NCBI GenBank assembly: GCA_011109175.1
Contig: RDEW01000037.1
Span: 105,770 to 158,291 of the forward strand
Direction: 5' to 3'
Length of the DNA: 52,522 nt
From: Dicyema japonicum
Taxonomy: Eukaryota > Animalia > Dicyemida
The notes under the pieces are model-generated. The model saw only the letters and a program-made list of their open reading frames with translations, had not been told where the DNA came from and ran no database searches. Below, in pieces: positions 13,077 through 22,538 of this stretch (positions within the stretch are counted from its first letter, which is position 1; each line of letters opens with the position of its first letter). A program made the position numbers and the translations under genes.

Positions 13077-13995
13077 CGAACAAACTCAAACTCCATGACG
13101 GGAATGGAAGATTCTTAACAAATCCCAAAAATCAGACTGAATTCGAGGGTACATTAACTGTCCACGGAGAAATATCTGATCATACTTGTAGATACGCCAC
13201 CCAACTCGATAAAGCTATCACACTGCCGAATTCTCAAATGCAATGGTCAAACTTAAGAATGATCTGATTCTGTCAGTATGATCACAGTGTTGCTATCTAA
13301 CGCGAAGCTCAGACTGCGGGTCGATAAGACGTTTTCCCGTGAATTTATGTGCAATGTTGGTGCTACCCAGGGAGATCCCCTGTCCCGCCTGCTCTATTTG
13401 TCATATATCGTCGAAATTGATTATGCGGACGACGTCGACTTCGTGTCAGAAGACAAATTGGCCCTACTTCGACTCATCGGAGTGGCACCTGCTGAGCTGA
13501 ACCTATGGTTCCTTGGAATGAACACCGCAAAAACTAACATTGTGGAAATCAGGAAAATAAAAAACAGATCAAGTGAAACATGGCGAAAAGATCCTTATTA
13601 GAATGAACTGTCTATCAAGAATAAACAAGGAATCACTATATAAGAGATGTTGTACGAGTCCACTGAGTCTCGAAATTGTTGATTGTTGATATGCGTTGGA
13701 GACTATTTGGACAGATCTTACGACTGAACCTGGGTGCTCCAGCCAACATAGCAACGGAGGATTACTTCATGAGACAGGGACCGTGCTTCCGTTGACGCCG
13801 GCGTATTACACTTCTAGAAACACTTGATGGAGATCTAAAGCTTGTTAACAAAAGTCTAAGAAGTGGAGACGATTTAGACGAGTTGAGAAAACTGTATTAT
13901 GATCGAGGAGGTTGGAAGAAGTTGGTTCGGAGGATTGTTTCGAGTGCTGCACTAGTGAAATTATAACTATTACGATTTTATGCATGTTGCTTATA
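13077..13995 (+). mobile_element. RTE-clade LINE fragment, 5' truncated with internal deletions, (TAA)n tail
   Basis: GATQGDPLS and DYADD RT motifs. The linker resembles the 8901-9602 element and the GTTGCTTA(TAA)n end is shared. Confidence 0.8.
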
Positions 13996-14029
13996 ATAAT
14001 AATAAAGTTGATTACGTTGCCTAAAACTG

Positions 14030-15060
14030 ATTGTAGCCGAGATTGGAAAACCGAAGAAGGACCAGTCAGTTATCATCAGATCAGCCTAATTTACTCTACT
14101 TTTAAAAATATGGAATAAATTTTTCCCAAGGTTTTCAAATATGCTGAAAGAAAACAGCTATTTCAAAAGATCAATTTGGCTTTCGTCCTAGTCGATCTTG
14201 CAGACATTTTTTTTTTTTTTTTTTTAAGCCTTTTCACGAGAGCCATAGTATTTTATAGCTCCGCATAGGCAGAACACACACTTTATTTAAGTAAAGAACA
14301 GTTAATTTTAACTAATCGTAGAACCAAGGAATGATCTTCACTTCTTTTTTTTCTTTTCTTGTGTGAGTGTCCTTTCTAGACAAATCCAGTTCCGCAGTGA
14401 GTATTCACTGATGACGGCGTCACTCGTCAAACCATTTCTGCATCGTAGATGCGTGGAACCTTCCACCAGGTGAACAGCAGCGAGATTCGAACCCGTAGCC
14501 TAAGCCACTTAAGCCCGACACCTAACCACTAAGCCACCCGGCTTGCAGACATTGCCTATTAAATTTCAGCTCCGAGCAAGCTGAGGCCATAGACTCCAAT
14601 GTTTTTGAATGTCATATGTTTGGACATATTAAAGGCTTTTAAAAGTGTAATCCGCAAGCCATAATTAGTCAACATCTCGGACATGAAGTCCTAAAGAACT
14701 GATGGTTTGGATAAAAATGTATCTAAAAGAAAGAACTCCTTTACTAGATAGATATTATTGAAGAAATGAGTTCTCTATTATTCAACGTATGATTTGCTGG
14801 CTTCCCGTCTTTGAGGTCACCAAGTACGAAATATCTGATATATGCAGATGACGTACTACTGTGATCAAGTATGACCTCGGAGAAGAAATTAAATATATAT
14901 AGAAGAGATGGGAAACTGGTGTGGTCTCTAGCTATCAAAGAAGAATTAAATGGTATCAAGTTTGCCAAATTTTCATGCAGCTCGTGGTGAGTGTGTTAAT
15001 GATGCACCTCATAACTAACTTAAAAATCGTGAGTAAATAAATCAAAGACCTCAAATATGT
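14030..15060 (+). mobile_element. Decayed I/Jockey-group LINE RT fragment split by a SINE
   Basis: Removing the SINE restores QFGFRPSRSCRHC...ICLDILKAF, followed by LIYADD. Same family as 22539-25190 and 50340-51600. Confidence 0.75.
14207..14541 (-). mobile_element. Full-length tRNA-derived SINE with poly(A) tail and target-site duplication
   Basis: Head has A box TGGCTTAGTGG and B box GGTTCGAATC. 19-nt poly(T) on the plus strand. TSD CTTGCAGACA(TT) at ~14197 and ~14542. Three further copies in the window. Confidence 0.93.
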
Positions 15061-15099
15061 TTGTATCTGTTTTAACTTTTAAAAATAACGTTCATACTA

Positions 15100-15860
15100 G
15101 CAATTGAGTAGCCAATTGTGAGTAATAAACGATATGCAATGTAAAAAGTTGAAAAAAAAATCCCAGCCAAGCTGAACTAATGAAGCAAGAAAATACTTGG
15201 CATTTTTGGAAAAGTTATGTTTCCACTTGGAAAAGTGTAAGACAGTCAACATTTCTTCCTAGAGAGAAGACGTCAGTGCAAAATGGTTAGCAAAATTCAG
15301 TGTTGTTTAAGGTTTTAAAATGTTTCTTGTTTTCAACATCAATTGAATCTAGCTTTACCAGAAATGAAAATGTGACGAATGCTGCATGAGCGTTCTGAAA
15401 GTTCGGCTTTCCGTCTGTTTACGAATTAATTATTCTTTTGATTTTATAAACTTCTGATAAGTCTTCGTCCTTCGCACTCTCTCCAGGCATTATTTTCTTT
15501 CCCTGACTCTTGCAAAGGTACATTCTACTTATGACAATATTATGATGACGATCCGACTGAATTCTTAATGATGTCTTCAGATTTAAGGTCAATAATTCTA
15601 TTAACCCATCAAGGTCCTCGCTTGCCTAAATTAAATCAATCTTGGGATCTTGTAAACGTTTTTTCTGTACTGATGACAGAATAGGACCCCCAAAATTTAA
15701 GAGATACAAATGTTGTTGCAATGAACGGAGAAGTAAATAGCCATCAGATTTTGTTTCACTTGTAAATTTTTCATATTCAAAATGATCAAGACAAAATACA
15801 ATTTTCTTGAATGGCTTCAATTGCGCTGTAGTGTGAACTCCATTTGCTCTCACAATGCAT
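15100..15860 (-). mobile_element. hAT (ZMYM1-like) transposase remnant
   Basis: Minus strand reads HCESKWSSHYSAIEAI, LLLRSLQ...LQDPKIDL and RVREKKIMPGESAKDE across frameshifts. Confidence 0.7.
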
Positions 15861-15865
15861 CTTAA

Positions 15866-16075
15866 CTCCCAGGCGTTGTGCGATCATAATCCGAATGCAG
15901 TCATCGTCCAAAAGGGTCCTCAGGGAGGAACACGGGAGTGCATCCAATCACTCCCATGATACGAGGCATGCAAGACGATGCTAGTTGGCCTCAGACTTTA
16001 GCACGTCGAAGATATTCTTGAAGTATACTTCATCCCAGTCACGTTGCCTCGAAGGATCGTTCGGCGTATCCAAAC
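15866..16075 (-). mobile_element. CRE-clade fragment
   Basis: RQRDWD...HRLACL...LDALPCSSLRTLLDDDCIRIMIAQRLG aligns with WINALP..GTHLDDDTVRIGISTRLG of the large CRE copies. Confidence 0.8.
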
Positions 16076-16079
16076 CAGT

Positions 16080-16855
16080 TTCATTTATTTATTTATTTTT
16101 ATTTATTTTAATAACCCCGGGAACACCGAGAAAGAAAGACAAGAGTCAAACAGTTAGGTGATCCCAGTCCTTGCAATCAATTATGCCATTCGACGTCTGT
16201 GATCTTCCATCGTCCTCACTACTTTCCGGAAGAGCCTTCTCTCGGTCTTGCAGAGGAATCCGATCGGGGAGGGGAATTTCTTATCCAATCGGTTTTCTCT
16301 TGCCATGGGAAGGATCAGGCGAAGCGGATTTCCATCTTCCTCACAGACTCGAAGAAATCCGGAGCCACCGACTACGGATCTTAGCTTCCATGAGTAGTGG
16401 GTCGACTGTTGATCCATTACGTGGGCAAAGCATACTGATTGTTTTCTGGTGTATTGAGTTGACTCTTTGGACCATAGACTCCGATAGCGCGAATCTCCAT
16501 GCAACGGAGGCATACTCAACGGCAGGCGAAATTGTTTGTTGGTAGAGGGTAGAAACGGAAAAGTCCATGTTCCTCGTGGTCCTCCGGACAATGGCGCGTA
16601 AAACGTTAACTTTCTGGAGGCCCCTGGTAATCATGTCTGTTGCGTGGGAGTTGAAATTGAGAAGACTGTTGTACTTGACTCCAAGGACAGTGTGGGACCT
16701 TGTCACTGGAATCCGAGTGGGACCAATAAAGATACTCGGTTCATCCTTGGAACGACGGTCCGAAGTGAAAGTGGAACAGATGGACTTGGTTGCAGAAATC
16801 GTAATTCGATTGCCAACAATCCAATCGTGGAGAGTGTTCTATTTTGTCTGAGTTT
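16080..16855 (-). mobile_element. 3' portion of I/Ingi-group LINE (RT C-terminus and tail)
   Basis: TVLGVKYNSLLNF...STLYQQTISPAVEYASVAW, GGGATCAC motif and A-rich tail. Very similar to 49440-50020. Confidence 0.85.
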
Positions 16856-16885
16856 TAAGATTATTTTTGAAAATGTTGTTAGCGT

Positions 16886-16945
16886 GGTGTCATGTGGCTC
16901 ACCAGAAATGGTGTCACCCATTCCAAAATGAAACGAAAAGAGCCA
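16886..16945 (+). ncRNA. HDV-topology nested pseudoknot, copy 2
   Basis: P1 GGTGTC/GTCACC (one mismatch), J1/2 ATG, P2 TGGCTC/GAGCCA, P3 ACC/GGT, small P4, linker CGAAAA. Confidence 0.65.
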
Positions 16946-17016
16946 ACAGCTTCTCCCCACCGTCTGGTGGTCCTTTCATCTCCTGTGTCTTCGACCCTGT
17001 CTGGTGTCCCCATTTA

Positions 17017-17067
17017 TCCAGACTTTTGATTCTTCTATGTGGAGACGTCGAAACCAATCCTGGTCCA
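17017..17067 (+). other. StopGo/2A ribosome-skipping peptide SRLLILLCGDVETNPGP
   Basis: Exact D(V/I)ExNPGP consensus with upstream hydrophobic LLxxC/G segment, in frame with the APE domain. Confidence 0.9.
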
Positions 17068-19243
17068 TGGAGATGTTTTACAATTATACAATTGAATACG
17101 AATGGGATCAGGAAGAAAATCTTTGAACTCCGGGCACTCCTCCTCGAAAATGAGGCTGACCTCGCTTTAATACAGGAGTCCAAGCTATCTCCCTCCATAC
17201 CAACACCCTCTTTTCCCGGATACACAGTGATCCGTAAAGATCGTCAGGGAGGACGCGGAGGAGGACTACTTACTATTATAAAGAACGATATTCCTTTTAT
17301 GGATACAACTCAACGAACCTCAGAGCTTCTTGGCTCCGACAAGACTTTGGCGCAGATTACTGTCAAAATGGAGTTATTCCTGTCCTTTTGGATCCATTTG
17401 GCTAATTTATATATATTTCCTTTTGGATCCATTTGGCCTCCATAAGGATCGTGTCCGTCATCTTACACCCCTGATTTATCACGCATTTCAACATTGAAAA
17501 ATCTACTGTTATGTGGGGATCTTAATGCACGACATCCAGTTTGGCTCACTTCCCAATCTTCTGATAACCGAGGAGAACTCATTGCAAATTATCTTCCTGA
17601 CCTGATTATACTGAACAACCCTAACTCACATACGAGGACCCCATTAAGGATGACTGATAGCTGCACATCCCCCGACTTAACACTATGCTCACTTCTCTGG
17701 CTAGACTATTTCCTGGAACGTCTTTTACGGCTTCTCCAGTGACCACAATCCAATCCTCCTAAAACTGAGAGGTCTTCGACGATACAGGAGACGGCCGGCG
17801 GAATCAAAAAGATTCAAGGATTATACGAAGGTTGACTGGTCTGGTTTCAGTAACCTTGTGGATAAATTCTTGGCTCGGAGATTATCCTTCCCAATACGCT
17901 CCATTGATGAGGCCGCTGAAATTATCAGCGCTGCCATTCAGAAAGCTGACCATATTTTTATTCCTATATCGTCATACAAGAAGTTTATTCCTACCCTCAG
18001 CTCTTATACAATAAGTCTTATAAAACAAAGAGACCGGCTGAAGAGATGCCATCTGTTGGACATGAAGTCTTTGACAGCCCTCAGACAACTGAATAAAAGG
18101 ATCTGTCAGAGCATAAAAGAACACAAGGACAAGAGATGGCAGCATCTAGTTAACCACCTCGACAGGAAAAGTACATCCCGACATTTCTGGAAAACTCTTA
18201 AACAAGTCAAGTCGGAGCTGGATGATGCAGACGGAACCGGAAAGTCTTCTCCTGAACACTTATGCCACCTACATCCTAACACCCTTATGAAACATTACGC
18301 TGGAATTAGCTTCAAACCATTCTCGAAACACCTGGACATTAAGGTGCGTGCCCATAAACCGAAGAAGGAACCTTACCACGAACTATTCACAGATGACCAA
18401 GTCTTGGATGTGATCACCAGATTAAGAGGCCTGACAAAGTATCTTCTATTCACCTAAAACACCTAAGCCACTACGCAATTGGCTACCTCACGCATATATA
18501 GAACCTCTCCATTAACTATAATATTATTCCAAGATTTGGAAGAATTCTATCATCAGACCGATATTGAAGGCTGGGAAACCAGAGACAGAACCTGCTCCTA
18601 CAGGCCTATTTCCGTTACCAGCACACTGTCAAAAATTATGGAGAAACTTGTATTATCAGTCATTATTCCGTATCTTCTACGTCCTATATTTCAACATGGT
18701 TTCCTCCGCGGTAGGTCCACCGCTACATACTTGGCAACTATCGCAGTTCATTGCCGACGGTTTTAAACCCATCCCCAGCCTCACAAACGCACAATTTTGG
18801 TTTATATTGACATCAACAAAGCCTTTGACACTGTTTCGAGGAAAATCCTGGTTGGAAAAATATTTTCTACTAATATTAGTTCGAATTTGAAATTATGGCT
18901 GGCCAACTTTTGTCTGGAAGACGTGGAAGAGTAGTCAGTGGTGATCTCAGATCTAGATCACGATTACTACCGAATGGGTCACCCCAGGGGTCTCCATTTT
19001 CACCAATTCTATTCAACCTATTCCTACACGACCTACCTAATGATGAGACGAAGATTCCCTGCTATTATCCTACGCAGACGATGTAGTCATTGCAATACGG
19101 AACCGCTCGACGCAAGTTGCATCCATTAAAACTCAAACCAGTTTCATGTGTTAACTGATCGAAAAATAGTGTTAACTGATTGAAAAATAGTTGATTATTT
19201 ACTATTTCAATTATCGTTTTAAAAATAATGCATACCCCATAGG

Positions 19244-21735
19244 ATGGGGAAAGAAGAGAAATCACTTACGTCATTAGTAAAGGAGAATGTCCACACATTT
19301 TTCTCAAGGAACCTATTGGCAGACTCAGAAAAGCTCACCTACAAATTTCAAAACCATGAGAAGCCAACATCGACTATCTCGGACACTCAGAGATTAAGAA
19401 GCTCGATCCGTCGAAAACTTTCGGAAGGTGGTATCCGTGCTGCGGTGAGGATCCTTGCAGATCAACAATGTATAATTGAACCGTCTGAACAGTCCTACGC
19501 ATCACTTGTTGAGCGACACCCAAGTCTCCCCAACGACCACCGGGTTCCCCCTTGCCCAGGACAATTACCCAATCTACTTGTCTCTGAAAAGGACGTAAAA
19601 GATGGATCCTCTCTTTCGTCCCGAGTAGCAGTGGAGGACTAGATGGGCTCCGTCCGGGTCACATCAAAGATCTCATTGCTCATAACACGGGCAACTCTGG
19701 GGTCCGGCTCGTGTTGGCTATCACCAAACTAATGAACAGGATGCTATCAGGGACACTACCAGAAACAATTCGACACGTAATGTTCTCCGCAAAGTTAATC
19801 GCATTCGACAAGAAGGGAGGTGGAATACGCCCTATTGCAGTCGGAATGGTCTTCCGTCGGTTGGCATCAAAGCTTGTATGCAGAGCAATCCTACCTACGC
19901 TGATAACACAGCTGCAACCAACCCAAATAGGGGTCGGCACACCGGGGGGTTGTGAAGCGGCAGTTCATGCTGTCCGAACATTCACCGAAAAGAACGTGAA
20001 CATTCCTCACGTAATCGTCAAAATTGACATTAAAAATGCCTTCAACTCGATACGACGTGATACAATTCTGGAGGATTGCTTCACATACTACCCATCAGTG
20101 TACAGCTATATTCATAGTTCGTACGGAAAACCATCCAGTCTGGTACATGGCCAATATTACATTCCATCGTCTTCTGGAGTCCAACAAGGAGACCCACTGG
20201 GGCCCGCCTTGTTCAGCCTGGGAATTGCCCGTATCACAGGATACTGCTCCACTCCTCTGAGAGTATGGTATTTGGATGATTGCACCATGGGCGGCCATCC
20301 GAAGGATGTACTAGATTGTTTGAAAAGTCTGATAGTACAATTGGAATCCCTATGCCTAACTCTAAACACCAATAAGTGTGAAGTAACCAATTTTGGATTT
20401 CCACAGTCTGAATGGGATCTGATCCTTGGTATGTTCAGAGAGATCATTCCGAAAGCCACAGAAACCAAATCAGAACAACTGGAAATACTTGGATGCCCTC
20501 TTACTGATGCTGGAATCAGTAACACTCTAAGAACAAAAGAACATCAACTAAAAACAACATTCAGACGTCTGGAGATGCTGGACGCACACACCTCCCTATT
20601 CCTCTGAGAAACGCCTTATCAGCACAGAAACTGAACTACGTTCTTCGGGGGGCACCCTGCTACTTGAAAATGCAACAGCTCGATGCTATCGATTCCCTCT
20701 TCCGGAGTACTATTGAACGTATCACAAATGTGAAATTTGACGACCAAGGGTGGGACCAAGCGACCCTACCCGTTAGCCTGGGCGGACTGGGAATCCCTTC
20801 AACGAAAGATCTGGCTTGCCCTGCTTATCTATCCTCTTTGGGCTCCAGCCGACTGCTGGTCAGGATGATTCTCCAACTCCAAACAGAATCATCTGAAATC
20901 ACAGAGATGGAGCATTTGAAGGGGATGATGCCTGAGCAGAAAGATCGTTACAGGACCATCTGCGAGGATAAATATGAGAGGCTTCTGAACCAATCAAACC
21001 AACACAGACGTGCATGTCTAGTCACTGGAAGATGCGAATCGAGTGGCGCATGGATCAATGCACTCCCAGTTGGCAGTGTCGGGACCCATCTTGACGACGA
21101 TACTGTCCGCATCGGCATCTCCACCAGACTTGGACTGGAGATTTGCCGGACCCACAAATGCCGATGTGGCGCAACCGTCGATTGTTATGGACTCCATGCC
21201 CTCTCTTGTCGAAGGAGTGCAGGACGATTCCCAAGACACAAGGCGATCAACGGAATTGTCAAGCGAGCCCTGGAGTCTGCGGGATACCCAGCCATACTAG
21301 AACCTGTTGGTCTGGACAGAGGAGACGGAAAACGTCCCGACGGAATCACAATTTTTTCATTCGAAGAGGGGAAACCTTTGGTCTGGGACGCTACTTGTGT
21401 CGACACGCTTTGCCCGTCCAACATTGTCGGAAGCGCGGTAGACACACTGTATTCCGCGGAAAAAACGATGAGGGCAAAGGAGAAAATACGAAGCGCTACG
21501 CGACCGATTCGCGTTTTATCCGATAATGGTCAAGAAAACTGGAGGAATAAGTGGAAAATCGTTTCGCTTCCTAAAGAAACTTGGACGCTTAGCTACACTA
21601 AAAAGCCACGACGAACGTGAGACTCGGTGGCTACTCCAGTTGATCTCTGTTGCAATTGTGAGAGGCAACGCAACGTCGATAATGTCGACGGGGTCCACTT
21701 TGGATGATGGCAGTTTTAAATATGATTTACTGTAA
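19244..21735 (+). mobile_element. CRE/SLACS-clade non-LTR retrotransposon, 5' truncated, frameshifted
   Basis: GVQQGDPLGPALF, WYLDD, CRCG...HALSC...RHKAIN, KRPDG and WDATCVDT (RT plus REL). Paralogous to 4790-7650. Confidence 0.93.
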
Positions 21736-21749
21736 ATATGGTTTTCGGA

Positions 21750-22280
21750 AGCTTTAAAAAAAATTTCAAAAAATGTTCCTCGGTCAATATTCGGAAGCAC
21801 TAGATCTCCGTTTCAGCTTGTAGTAGCTACTTCCACTTCTCTGATTATCCTCAACAACTCCAGGAAGCAAACTAAGACTTTTTATAGAGAAAACAAGCAT
21901 CAACGTCTCCGGAAATTAGCTTCTGCTCTCAAAACCTTGCACCGGACACATCTTGGACGGTGCATTATGGATTATCTTCAAACCACAATTCAATTATTAT
22001 TCGCATCAAAAAAGTTTTTTTACCACAGGAAAGAGACTGTTTCATTTTTCAACTATAAAAAAACAAATTGGAAAGACAATTCAAAATACATCGATCAAGC
22101 TCAACTAAACTTTAATATGATGATATTTTTCTCAATTGATGAAGCTATTGACTTTTTGAACAAAACTATTCTTATGGCACAAAGAACATTCATTCAACGC
22201 GGATCATTTGAATTCTACAATGAAAAACTAGACCAGAACACCAAATCATTAATTAAAGAAAGGAATCGCCTCAAATAAGC
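21750..22280 (+). mobile_element. Decayed LINE APE-to-RT linker fragment
   Basis: FNYKKTNWK...LIKERNRLK resembles the APE-RT linker of the other LINEs here. Confidence 0.5.
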
Positions 22281-22386
22281 CCTTCCGAAAAGGGCCTATT
22301 TTCGCAAGTTAATATATATTATACACTAATTGACCAAATAATAGAAGTAAGCGAAAATTAATTTGTAACTAACCTAGGACAAAAAA

Positions 22387-22459
22387 TACCCCGGATGGGA
22401 TTCGAACCCACGACCTTAAGATTATGAGACTTACGCGCTAACCACTGCGCCACCGAGGC
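22387..22459 (-). tRNA. tRNA-Met (CAT), elongator type
   Basis: 73-nt cloverleaf GCCTCGG...CTCATAA...TTCGAAT...CCGGGGTA with a U31-U39 pair. G1 rules out an initiator-type A1-U72 pair. A T6 Pol III terminator follows immediately. Confidence 0.95.
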
Positions 22460-22538
22460 TTTCTATTAAATATGAAATGAAAAATGAAATTAAAAATGGT
22501 ATCCTTTATCCATGAAATCCATCCAAATACATGTTTAC

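Larger units (their letters stand above)
16874..19130 (+). mobile_element. Ingi/Vingi-like LINE with 5' pseudoknot, intact 2A motif, APE and RT (frameshifted, truncated just after YADD)
   Basis: LLILLCGDVETNPGP leads directly into IIQLNTNG...LIQESKL (APE), then CGDLNA, SDH, SYRPISVTS, QHGF, GSPQGS and YADD. No ORF1 is visible. Confidence 0.92.

Noticed and set aside
14390-14435. Hammerhead ribozyme suggested by CTGATGA in the SINE core
   Set aside because: CTGATGA is antisense to the SINE, is followed by TCAAAC rather than GAAA, and overlaps a competing hairpin. Stems I-III cannot be closed around an NUH site.
16171-21800. Many overlapping antisense and alternate-frame ORFs in the track (e.g. 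16567-16851, 20157-20525, 21185-21445)
   Set aside because: They are shadows of the more GC-rich retrotransposon ORFs and carry no independent motifs.
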